NCBI GenBank assembly: GCA_964035575.1
Contig: OZ037836.1
Span: 1,364,001-1,428,000 of the forward strand
Direction of reading: 5' to 3'
Origin: Rhynchopus sp. YZ270_cl-10
Lineage: Eukaryota
DNA: 64,000 bases
The notes under the pieces are model-generated. The model had not been told where the DNA came from, made no database searches, and saw nothing but the letters and a program-made list of their open reading frames with translations. A program made the translations under genes and the position numbers. Below are positions 11,579 to 21,652 of this stretch, one piece after another (position 1 is the first letter of the stretch; every line of letters starts with the position of its first letter).

Positions 11579-13617
11579 TAGGGGTCCGTTTTAGGTCTCT
11601 GGCAGGCCGGGCCTTCTTTCTGTGACCTTCCCAACCAAAAGACCCCCAAAAAACACAGGTACCTGCTGCGTTTAATGGCACTTTACCCCAGTCCCTGGAA
11701 CAGATCGGCAAGCCGACCAGCCCAGGTATGCATGCCAACACTACTGGGGGTGCACTGTTCGATAGCATAAAAGAAAAGTCAAAAAGTCAAAAAGACAAGA
11801 AGGTCAAACAAAATAGGTACTTCGAACAGGGCTGACAGGAGGGGATTCTCACCCGAGGTTCGGTGCCTGTCAGGCTGCGATTAGTGGTTCTGGGTGATTC
11901 CCTTCTTCCTAGCCACCGTTACCGCGGTGCCCGCACCGTAAGAGAGTGGGGACGGTTCACGACCGTTCGTACGCGTCAGCAAAAGTAGGGGTCGGAGTCC
12001 AGGCCCGAACCGGAAACATTAACCTCCGTTTTTCGAAACATTAAAAAGTAAAAATGAAAAAGAAAAATCAACAGCAAGAGCAGTGTTGCTGTAAAAGAAA
12101 CAGCAGCACCGTCAGCTAACATGCCACACATTATGGCAGACGGCCACACAAAATTCCCCTGATTTGTACAGAGAAAGTTGTAACTTCTTCCTTACAAGTA
12201 AGGGAGTGCCGGCAGGGAAGGAGTTACAACAAACAGTGAACAAACTCAAGTACCAGCCTTTCCGCGTAGCACAGACCCTACATTTGGTAGTTGGTCTGCC
12301 CTACTGCCTCATCTGCACCGTAGCTGGACGCCACGACGACAACTCCTTCATCTATCAACGTACCAAAGCACGTGAAAATAGAACAAAAACAAACACATTG
12401 GAAAAACAACAGAGCATGTACCTGCAGATCCACAGTTGTTTCACGTACAGTGCATACACCCTGAAAGTTTAACCTCTTCCTTCTAGCACAGACGTTGGTC
12501 TGCCCTACTGCCTCTTCTGCACCGTAGCTGGACGCCACGACGACAACTCCTTCATCTTCAACGTACCAAAGCACGTGAAAATGGAACAAAAACAAACACA
12601 TTGGAAAACAACAGAGCATGTACCTGCAGAGTGCATACACCCTGAAAGTTTAACCTCTTCCTTCTAGCACAGACGTTGGTCTGCCCTACTGCCTCTTCTG
12701 CACCGTAGCTGAATGCCACGGCGACAACTCCTTCATCTATCAACGTACCAAAGCACGTGAAAATAGAACAAAAATAAACACATTGGAAAAACAGCAGAGC
12801 ATGTACCTGCAGATCCACAGTTGTTTCACGTACAGTGCATACACCCTGAAAGTTTAACCTCTTCCTTCTAGCACAGACGTTGGTCTGCCCTACTGCCTCT
12901 TCTGCACCGTAGCTGAATGCCACGGCGACAACTTGTACCCACCTGCGAATGAATGTTCGCAGATCCCTTCTTCTACTAACGTAAAAAAAAACGTAAAAAC
13001 AGACCAAAAACTACAACATGCCACACTGAATTAACGACAGAGCACGCACCTGCAGATCCACAGATGTTTCACTACGGTGTACACAGCCTGAGGTTAAACA
13101 CATAACACAAGAATTCTACTACGGCAAAAAGATGAAAACTGAACTGAACTGAACAAAACTACAACACACCACACTGAATACACAAGAGCACGTACCTGCT
13201 GATCCACAGTTGTTTCACATACAGTGTACGCACCAACAAAGCAACAAAACGTTCCCATGCGGTCAAACGACAACACAGGAACAGCAACAATATTCCGTCA
13301 CCAGTAGAGACACCGGCAACGCTTCCTTCTTGTACCTGGGATCCCCTCATCGGCATCAACACACTCCCAGTCACCGCACAGGTAACAGATCCTTGAAACC
13401 CCTCGAAGGGGTTTGCGTAGCCTACATAAGCTGGTGATCTGCCCGAAATTGACTGTGATGTTGTGTTAATAACCAGGGTTCCCACATCGGCTTGTTCCTC
13501 CTCCGGTCCCGAGCGAATCCATCATTGGAGAGGCGGCCGCCCACGCTGACTCAGTACCATGCGAACACGGCGTCCAGGGGCCCCACTTGGCGGTTGGTCA
13601 GACGTTAATTGCCCCCA
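11579..13617 (-). mobile_element. ~2039-bp non-coding retroposon-like insertion, family 1 copy 2
   Basis: Near-identical to 9909-11560 but with about two extra internal repeat units. Third TSD copy at 13618-13635. One extra base (13617) at the 5' junction. Confidence 0.85.
13544..13616 (-). ncRNA. Putative HDV-like self-cleaving ribozyme
   Basis: Hand fold: P1 GGGGGC/GCCCCU (G1-U wobble); P2 CUGA/UCAG; P3 CCA/UGG with L3 ACCGCCAAG; P1.1 CC/GG; P4 GCCGUG-UUCG-CAUGGU; J4/2 ACUGAG with the candidate catalytic C. Confidence 0.7.
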
Positions 13618-14918
13618 TTCTGCGTCTTCGTGAGGATGATTGTGTCACCAGCACTCAGCTGCGTCATGTCCGCTCCTTCTCCCATCGCTTCGCCTCCGAA
13701 ACTCATGCAAAAGCCGTCTTCAGGCAACCCCATTGCAGTCGCCACCTTCCGCCGCAAGCCCTCCACTGTGTCATCTTCACCCACCTCGACCGCATGCTTC
13801 ACTCCGTTCAACCCCTTGATGGTCAAATCCATATTTGATCTTTGGTTCGATGTTTTCCCTTGTTGTTGTACTGAGGTGATGTTGATGTGGAGAAAGTGTG
13901 GAAAAGAAACAACACAGCACCTCTGCTCTCTATTTGTAACATGGAAGTGTGCGTAAACCCCCAGGGTGAACACAGTCAGATTGCTTCTGTATGTTTTCCT
14001 GCAGTGCCCCACCCCCGGAAAATCGGGTTCAATAGGTGATTAGGACAATGCGAACTGGCGGCAGTGTGGGGTATTTACCAGGCACATAATAACACTTCAC
14101 CCGACCAAAGAGAAGGCGAAGGAACATTCTTTTGGAAAAATAATAGGGGACTGGGGGGAAGCAGAACACTTTTGAAAGATGAACCTGAGCCTCTCGTACT
14201 CAGTCACCTTTAGTCACAACCTTGAAGTCCAAAACAAAATAGGGGAGTCCTGAGGTAAAGGGGGAAAGACGTTTTGAATCATCGACAAAAAAATAAAGAA
14301 AGAAAAGCCCGCGTGCACGGCCCTCCCCCTTCCGCCCTTCAACAAGGTTAGATTCGTTGCCTTCGTTTCAAATAAGAACAGTTTGTCAGGTGAGCCTAAG
14401 CCTCTCGTGCTTAGTCACCTTGAGCACAAACGTTGTCGTATGAAAACAAAGTGTGCACGGACAAGACAAGAAAGGCACCAGTGGGAGGGCAGGGGGGCAT
14501 GAGCTATAGCTACTTGAATGTCGACAACAATTGCCACCTCCCCAAAAAAGGGGTTAGATTTGGGTAAAGAAAGAGCAGTTGAAACTAAAACACAGCTCGG
14601 TCGTGCTCAAGCAAAGGGTGGGTGTGAGTGGTCCGTACCGTAAAAGAACGGAGGCGGTTCACAACCACTCGGAAAAAGGCTAGATTTGTCTCAAAGAAAG
14701 GTTTACAAGATGAACCTGAGCTACGGACTTAGGCATCCATGAAGGTGCGAACCCTGATTGCCTAACACAGGCAGACAGCGCTGAAGAGACATCAGCGACA
14801 TGCAACTCACGAGAGAGAAGACAACAATAACTTTGCACTAGGTAGATAGTGTAAAGTGGTTCTACGTTTTCCTCACTTTTCCAACTTGATAGGTTCGTCT
14901 AGCCGGATAGTTTGTTGT

Positions 14919-14960
<42 letters not shown>

Positions 14961-15504
14961 CTTCTTCGACTTGATTTACGATATGGTTGTGTTTGCCTGA
15001 AGTACAGAAAGTGTCGTGGAGCACAGGGGGGAAAAGAGGGGGAAACAAGCGGGGAGCGGGATACGCAGACGCGCGACTTTTCACGAGGGTCTCGAGCATT
15101 TTGTCAAATACTACGTGTTTACTAAAAAAAAAAGAGCGTTTCTCGCACAACCTGAAGAACGACATACTCTGGAGACTGTTCACTTCGTTTCATTGGGGGT
15201 AAAACATAAGAAAAATATGAGTTCTTTGAAAACAAAGACAGGGCTCCCCATTAGCTTTGTCTTAAACAGAGGACAACAGAAATTTGAAAAATAGTGTGAA
15301 GCATGGAAACAACACTTTTATTTTTGAGACAAAAGACACCCGACATTGGGTTAGAAGACATGGGGGTGCATTGAGGTTTATTCATCACCATTCCTTTGGT
15401 ATTTTCTCTTTTTTTCCCTTTTCTTTTCTTTCTTCAACTTTTTGTAATCAAAAGTTGACTTAAATAGAAATACAAAAAAGAAGCCCTCTACAGTCTGTCT
15501 TGGC

Positions 15505-18500
15505 TTACTCACCTTTGCCAAAGTAGGTAACGTTGATCACATATACAACACACACCACAGCGACAAGGCAACGAAACAACACTTCTGCCTTGCCGTGCGT
15601 TGATTGGGTGACATGATGCGCGCACCTTGCCACACACAGGATGGGGTTGTTCGAGAGTGCCGGCCCTGCATAACGCACCGCACCCAGATCTGCGCAGATG
15701 GCAGTGAACACCATGAAGAAGCTGTCCCTCAACTCCGGCACCGCCATCTGCAGGTACATCCCGTTGTGTGCCACACATCGCCGCATGAAGGCTGCGTTCG
15801 CGCAAAGTGCGGAGGGCACCCCCTTCAACAGCCCCTTATGCAAGACAACAGCTTCGTACACGAAATCTGCGTCATGTTGCCACCACTTCCCGACGTGCTG
15901 CAAATTCCCCGCACAACGCATCCCAAGCAACGCAATCTCTCTCTCCGCACGCAATGGGAGCGACGCATACTCAAAGTTCTTCGGGTTCGCTGTCACCGCA
16001 CACCGCACCACGTCTCCGTCGTTGCAGAGGTCCCTTCCCAGGCGCGACAGAATCAGACCCTCAACACTGCACATCGCAAGCACCCGCAGCACCACAGAAC
16101 GATCCTTCCACAGCGCCGCCCCGATGTGTTCCGCATCACACCCTGCGTGCTCCAGGCAGGACAACACAAACTGTTTGTTCTGCCTCAGCTTTTCGCCAGC
16201 AAAGGCAAACGCCCTTGGATCATCCGCAACCGCAGCTAGAACAAGGTGTGCATCCCCCCTCAGCTTTGCGTGCGCCTTCTGCAACGCGAAGTGCCCACCA
16301 TAGACGTGCAGGAGCTTTCGCAACACAGCTCGGTTCTTCCAGAGGTTGGCCTCCATGCGGAAACAGTCTTTTGGAACTGTTGTCATGACGGCTTCAACAA
16401 AGTCTTTCTTTGACAGCAACGATGGGTCCACATGAGCCATGGCCTCGGGGGATATGCCCACCATCTTCAGTGCGAAGGCAGACTCCTGCTTCAGCGCCCT
16501 GCTGGCAAATGCGAAGTTTGCACCGTTTGCTGTGCACGCTGCTGTGACGACGTCAGTATTGCGCCGAAGACGACGCGAAGCGTACTGCAAATTCGCCTTC
16601 GCACTCTTCTCTGTAAACGCAGCGGCAACGATGCTCCGATCATCTGCCAAGGTGGGGGTCACAAACTGCAGGGCATCCGCATTGTTCTTCAACGCTGCCA
16701 GCACCACAGCACGGTTGCCTCTCACCGCGACTCCACCATGCGCCAGAGAGAGCCCACACAGCCCCACAACCTCAAGCATCACATCCACAGACCCCAACAC
16801 CCGACTCCCAGCGTGCTGCAGAACCGACATATCCTTGTTCACAGCCGCCAACACAACCTCGCGGTCGTTCTGTACAACGCCACCAGCGTGCTGCAACCAC
16901 GTGGCCTCCTTGGCAACAGCTTCGAGCATGAACACTCTGTTGTTACGAAGGGATGTGACAGATGGAAATGCCTTCGTCAATGTATGTCTTAATGCGGTCG
17001 TCGCAACTTCTAGATCTGCCTTCAGGGCGTCCGAGGCATGGTCAAAGGTGCTAGGGTGGATTTCAATCGCAGAAAGAACCAAACCTCTGTCAGATCTGGC
17101 ACGAAGCCCTGCATGCGGGAGGGCCGCATGGTTCTGCGTTACCGCAGCCTTCACAACCTCAATGTCGTCTTGGAGCGCCAGACTCACGTTGCGGAGCGCA
17201 TGGCCGTTCTTTGTAACCGCCTTGAGCGCGCATGCTCTGTCCGCTCGTACAGTCTCTCCTGCATACGCAAAACACGACGCATCCGTCTTCAGTGCGCACA
17301 ATGCAATGTCGACGTCATCCTGCAACGCCTCTGAAGCAAACTGCAGAGCCTTCCCCTTCGACTTCACTGCAGCACGCACCACGTCAATATCGTTCCGGAG
17401 ATCGCTGTGTGCATACACCAAGGCAGCTCCACTGCTTGCAACCGCCTCGAGAACAAGGCTCTTCTCCTGACGCAGGCCTGGTGATGCGAACTTCAGCATC
17501 ATCCCGTCATCCTGCACGCAGCGGAGCACCACTTCACGGTCGTCGCGCATTTCATGTGAAAGCTCCTGAAGGAGCGCCCCCTTCCAGGTTCCCTTTGGCT
17601 GTGCGAGGAGGAATGAGCGGTTGTGCAAAATGTCCTTTCCGATGTGCGTGAATCCGTTCTTGCCTGCAGCACGGACGACCTTGGCAGCGATGGTGGGGTT
17701 GTTCTGGAGCCGTGTGCTCGCGTAGGTGATGGCGATGTAGTTGCTCTGCACTGCCGCCAACACAACCTCGTAACAGTCCTGCAACCCACTGTCCGCGTAC
17801 TGCAGGTTCTTCCCATCCAACTTCACAGCCTTCAGCACAATGTCCTCATCCCCCTTCACCGAGGCCGGCGCTGCCTCCAAATTCCCCATTCCTTTTTCGA
17901 GTGCGAGACGATACACCTCTGGGTCCCCTTGCAGCTGTTTTGAGACGTGCACGAGAGCACCACCATGCCTCAATGCCTCGAGGACAAATGGTTTCGATGC
18001 ACGAAGCGCGGAACCACAGTGTTCAAAATTCACGCCATGCCGTTTTATGGCGGCAGCACAGACGTCTTTGTCCTTCCTGAGCGAGGCGGCGACGTGTTCA
18101 AAGCTGTAGTAGGAGTTTGCAACGACTGCGAGCACAAAGGCTTTGTCCCCCCTGAGGCGTGGGGAGACGTGCTTCATCATGACACCATGGCGGCATACTG
18201 CTCTGTACGCAAGGTCGTAGTCGTCGCGTATGGCACTGCTGCAGTATTCCAAAGCAGACGCCTGCGACGATAAGGCTGCACGCGCCACGTCCCAGTCCCC
18301 CTGCAGCGTCGTGTCCACGTAGCGCATGTTGTCCCCCGAAAACGTCACAACCTTCATCACCAAATCCTTGTTCCGTCTCAGCTCTGCAGACGCATACCCC
18401 AAGGTGTACCACCCCTTCGACAGCGCAGCGAGCACCACCTCAGGGTCGTTTTTGAAGCGCTGGTCAACGTGGTCGAGGGCAACCGTGTGGCGGCGGACAG

Positions 18501-19278
18501 CTTCAAGCACGAAGGTGCGGTCTGACCTCAGCGCGTCCGACCCGTACTGCAGATGCGACCCATAGCCCTTTACCGCCTCGAGAACGACTTCGCGGTCGTC
18601 ACGCAGGGCAGGCGAGGCATGGCGCAGGGCCTCCCCGTGTTTCCGGACTGCAGCGAGGACGATGCTGCGGGTGTCGCGCAGTGCTGCGGAAGCGTGCTCC
18701 AGCATGCGTCCGTTGTGATCAACGCAACGCAGCACAGCGCACGCATCGTTCCGCAACACCCCTGCGTTGCCAAACGACAGCGCATTCCCCTGGCTCGCAT
18801 CGACCATCACCTCCGCAAAGTCTCTGTTCCGCCATGCCTCAGGGCTTGCAGCACTCCCCGCGCTTGTGTCCGCCTCCACCGCAGCCCGCATCACAGCTGA
18901 GTCAGTCTGCATCGCAAGCGGCAACTCAGCGTACCGCCTCCACCCAGACGCAACCAACGACAGCGCGCATTCTCTGTTGTGCTGCAGAGCCTCCGGCAGA
19001 GTGCCGTACGCCGCCCCGTCACGCACCTTCTGCACAAAAACCTTTGCAGTTGGGTGAAGCGAGATCATCGACCCGCACACAATCGCGTCAGAGCTCCCCA
19101 ACGGCGCCTCGCTGTCGAAGTCCATCAAGGGTGCCCCATCCAGCTCAAAGTCGACGTGAGCAGGGAGGTACCCGAAGGCAGCAGCTGCACGTGTGCAGAA
19201 GGATTCCACGGTGTCGTACTCATCTATCTCGAGCACCTCTTCGTCGTTGCTGAGGGAGTCGCGGATGAAGACCTCCAT
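15505..19278 (-). CDS. Ubiquitin-like N-terminus + long DUF4116-type repeat array, hydrophobic C-terminal helix (~1257 aa)
   Basis: Likely start MEVFIRDSLSNDEEVLEIDEYDTVESF (Ubl-like); dozens of ~25-aa LRDDREVVLEAVKGYGSHLQYGSDA-type repeats; C-terminal VLFRCLVAVVCVVYVINVTYF. Confidence 0.85.
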   Translation of the reverse strand: MEVFIRDSLSNDEEVLEIDEYDTVESFCTRAAAAFGYLPAHVDFELDGAPLMDFDSEAPLGSSDAIVCGSMISLHPTAKVFVQKVRDGAAYGTLPEALQHNRECALSLVASGWRRYAELPLAMQTDSAVMRAAVEADTSAGSAASPEAWRNRDFAEVMVDASQGNALSFGNAGVLRNDACAVLRCVDHNGRMLEHASAALRDTRSIVLAAVRKHGEALRHASPALRDDREVVLEAVKGYGSHLQYGSDALRSDRTFVLEAVRRHTVALDHVDQRFKNDPEVVLAALSKGWYTLGYASAELRRNKDLVMKVVTFSGDNMRYVDTTLQGDWDVARAALSSQASALEYCSSAIRDDYDLAYRAVCRHGVMMKHVSPRLRGDKAFVLAVVANSYYSFEHVAASLRKDKDVCAAAIKRHGVNFEHCGSALRASKPFVLEALRHGGALVHVSKQLQGDPEVYRLALEKGMGNLEAAPASVKGDEDIVLKAVKLDGKNLQYADSGLQDCYEVVLAAVQSNYIAITYASTRLQNNPTIAAKVVRAAGKNGFTHIGKDILHNRSFLLAQPKGTWKGALLQELSHEMRDDREVVLRCVQDDGMMLKFASPGLRQEKSLVLEAVASSGAALVYAHSDLRNDIDVVRAAVKSKGKALQFASEALQDDVDIALCALKTDASCFAYAGETVRADRACALKAVTKNGHALRNVSLALQDDIEVVKAAVTQNHAALPHAGLRARSDRGLVLSAIEIHPSTFDHASDALKADLEVATTALRHTLTKAFPSVTSLRNNRVFMLEAVAKEATWLQHAGGVVQNDREVVLAAVNKDMSVLQHAGSRVLGSVDVMLEVVGLCGLSLAHGGVAVRGNRAVVLAALKNNADALQFVTPTLADDRSIVAAAFTEKSAKANLQYASRRLRRNTDVVTAACTANGANFAFASRALKQESAFALKMVGISPEAMAHVDPSLLSKKDFVEAVMTTVPKDCFRMEANLWKNRAVLRKLLHVYGGHFALQKAHAKLRGDAHLVLAAVADDPRAFAFAGEKLRQNKQFVLSCLEHAGCDAEHIGAALWKDRSVVLRVLAMCSVEGLILSRLGRDLCNDGDVVRCAVTANPKNFEYASLPLRAEREIALLGMRCAGNLQHVGKWWQHDADFVYEAVVLHKGLLKGVPSALCANAAFMRRCVAHNGMYLQMAVPELRDSFFMVFTAICADLGAVRYAGPALSNNPILCVARCAHHVTQSTHGKAEVLFRCLVAVVCVVYVINVTYFGKGE

Positions 19279-20455
19279 CGTGAAGAGGGTGAGGGTGGGG
19301 TAGGGAGAAGGAGAAGGGTGGTGGTGGAGAGAGGTTCTGTGTTGCCGTGTGGTCAGGTCGTGTTCAAACGTAAAGTAACAAAAATTGTGCATTTGTGTGC
19401 GCTGTCTCGTGCAGGCCAAAAACAGCTCATGACCAAGCATGCTGGAAGGAAGTGAGCCATGGTTGTGACTTGCCCACAACTGCTGGCACTGACAGCGACC
19501 ACACAGTGCTGCCACAACACTGTACTAGCTCCCATGAGAGACACTGCGCTGTCTCCACCCACCCCACGCAAGGAAGAACGCCAAAGGTGCTCTCGTGCTG
19601 CAACCACAGACAAGCTGAGGTGCCAGACAAATGCACGAAAGCACCCCACCGCCAGACACAGCTTCCCCTCCCATCATCACCACAAACGATCGAGGGAAGC
19701 GCCACACCCAAACCCCCCCACACTCACAACACTGCGCACCATCCGTACAACACCTGAGACAGGCCAAACAGCGTAGGGCTTACTGTGGCTTTGCCAGGAA
19801 CTTTCGTTTGAGCAAAATATAGAAGTAAAACTTAAGGAACTGGACGATAAATACCAACGAAAGTTCCATTTTATTTCAACATTTTTCAGAAATGTAGCGT
19901 ACCGTGGCTTCGCCATGAACCTTTGGGTGCCATGACCCCGCTCATCTCCCGTATGTTTCAGTTCTTTCGAAATTGCACAGCGATCTGCGTACTCCCTGGC
20001 GTGGCGCACGTTTTTCACTCTGGGTAGGTGGGAAAAGGGTCCAACACATCGGAGACAAAAACAGATTTCTGTATTGGGGTGGTGCGGGGGTTGGTCTTGT
20101 TCACTAACAGTCGGGAAGAACGGTAAAAAAAAAAGTGATGTGCAACATCGAGCAGTGGGAAACATCCACCGGACGTAAAAATATCTTTCAAAAAAAAAAA
20201 GAGCGAACTGAGGAAACAGTAAAATGTAACACAGCAACTGCAGCGGAGTTCACAGTAATCTCGTGAACTCAAGATGGCTGATGGCACTGCAGGGTTGCAT
20301 GCATCCAGTTCTTCCAGGCAGCCACAGGACTGGAAGATAGATGCAACTAAAATAGTAATATAAAAACGTACTTTCTTTCAAGGAGAAACCGAAGAAATGT
20401 AGGGTGAAGACGAAAAGTAAAAATTGAATGAAACAGGCGAGACTGTCAAAACACA

Positions 20456-21652
20456 TCAAGTTTGATCTCCCAAGGCCTCAACTGCAGTCCTCATGACTTG
20501 CACGGCCGCATCAAGAGTGACAAGCTCTTCCTTATCGTTCGGGGCTTGTTCTTCTTGTTCCTCATCATCAGCGTCGGGTTCTTCGACTGCCGGAAATCCG
20601 TGTCTCAGCTTGCATTCAACAGCATATCTGCGTTCGATATCCTGATTCAGTGACAGCAGTGCGAGACGACCATGGCACTCAAGGGAGAGGGCACCTCTGT
20701 TAGCGGATAGCGCACTCTGAAAGGTAGGCGTGTCTCCGTCGTCATTGTGCGTGTCTCCGTCACTTCTGGCTTTCCTCGGGGATTCGTCTCTGCTTCGTTT
20801 CGGACGTGCTTCAACCACAAGCTTACTCAGCTCGCCGTTCCTCACTTCGTTGGACACAACACTGCTGCAGCCGGAAAGGTAAATGCTCGTCAACGAAGTG
20901 CAGTTCGCAGCAAAGTTCGTAGTATTATTCCAAGTCAAACCAATCGACGTCACGTTCCTGAGTGGTGACAAATCCAGGGTGGTTAAGCTGCTGCAGTTCT
21001 GAAGGAACCGCGCACCAACCTGTGTCACGTTGCTGAGTGAAGTTAAATCGACGTTGGTTAAGCTCGCGCAGCCGTAAAGAAAGCTGTCACCCACCTGCCT
21101 CACATTGCTGAAGGGTGATAAATCCAGGGTCGTTAACCTCTTGCAGTTCCAAAGGAAGTCCTCACCAACCCGCGTCACATTGCTCAACCCAGAGAGGTCG
21201 ACACTTGTCAACGAGTCGCAGCCTTCCAGGAACCTGACTCCAATGTGAGTCACAATGGACTCAGCACTGAGATCAAGTCTCGTCAACGAAGTGCGTGCCA
21301 AGAAGTAATTCGGAATGACCGTCGCAACCTCCGCCTGCAGAAGCAAACACGCCACCTCAGGGTCCTCCACACTCTTCAACTTCTTGGCTGTGATGTCGGT
21401 CACACCCAACGCATGAAGCTCTGCAATGGCTTCTTGCTTCTTCGTCTTCGTGAGGATGATTGTGTCACCAGCACTCAACTGCGTCATGTCCGCTCCTTCT
21501 CCCATCGCTTCGTCTCCGAAACTCATGCAAAAGCTGTCTTCAGGCAACCCCATTGCAGACGCCACCTTCCGCCGCAAGTCCTCCACTGTGTCATCCTCAC
21601 CCACCTCGACTGTGTGCTGATTCGTGTCGAAACCCTTGATGTTCACGTCCAT
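20456..21652 (-). CDS. Ubl-LRR paralogue B (398 aa, 5 LRRs, frameshifted and extended C-terminus)
   Basis: MDVNIKGFDTNQHTVEVGEDDTVEDLRRKVA Ubl fold; SLTxLDLSxLSNVTQVGxxFLxxC repeats (BspA/LRR_5-like). Confidence 0.85.
   Translation of the reverse strand: MDVNIKGFDTNQHTVEVGEDDTVEDLRRKVASAMGLPEDSFCMSFGDEAMGEGADMTQLSAGDTIILTKTKKQEAIAELHALGVTDITAKKLKSVEDPEVACLLLQAEVATVIPNYFLARTSLTRLDLSAESIVTHIGVRFLEGCDSLTSVDLSGLSNVTRVGEDFLWNCKRLTTLDLSPFSNVRQVGDSFLYGCASLTNVDLTSLSNVTQVGARFLQNCSSLTTLDLSPLRNVTSIGLTWNNTTNFAANCTSLTSIYLSGCSSVVSNEVRNGELSKLVVEARPKRSRDESPRKARSDGDTHNDDGDTPTFQSALSANRGALSLECHGRLALLSLNQDIERRYAVECKLRHGFPAVEEPDADDEEQEEQAPNDKEELVTLDAAVQVMRTAVEALGDQT

Larger units (their letters stand above)
8801..13832 (-). 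pseudogene. Ubl-LRR paralogue A, split by two tandem insertions and missing its normal C-terminus
   Basis: MDLTIKGLNGVKHAVEV...TIILTKTQ (13832-13618) rejoins KYEAIAELHALGVT...7 LRRs (9890-~9206) once the insertions and extra TSDs are removed. At ~9205 the last LRR joins directly to 3' flank sequence. Confidence 0.85.

Noticed and set aside
9909..13617. LTR pair of an LTR retrotransposon, or Penelope pLTRs with hammerheads
   Set aside because: No TG...CA ends and no internal domain; the 18-bp host target lies between the copies; no CUGANGA/GAAA core recognised.
19279..19515. 79-aa N-terminal extension of the DUF4116 ORF (likewise upstream extensions of paralogues C and D)
   Set aside because: These begin at non-ATG or non-homologous positions; the Ubl-initial Met is the more plausible start.
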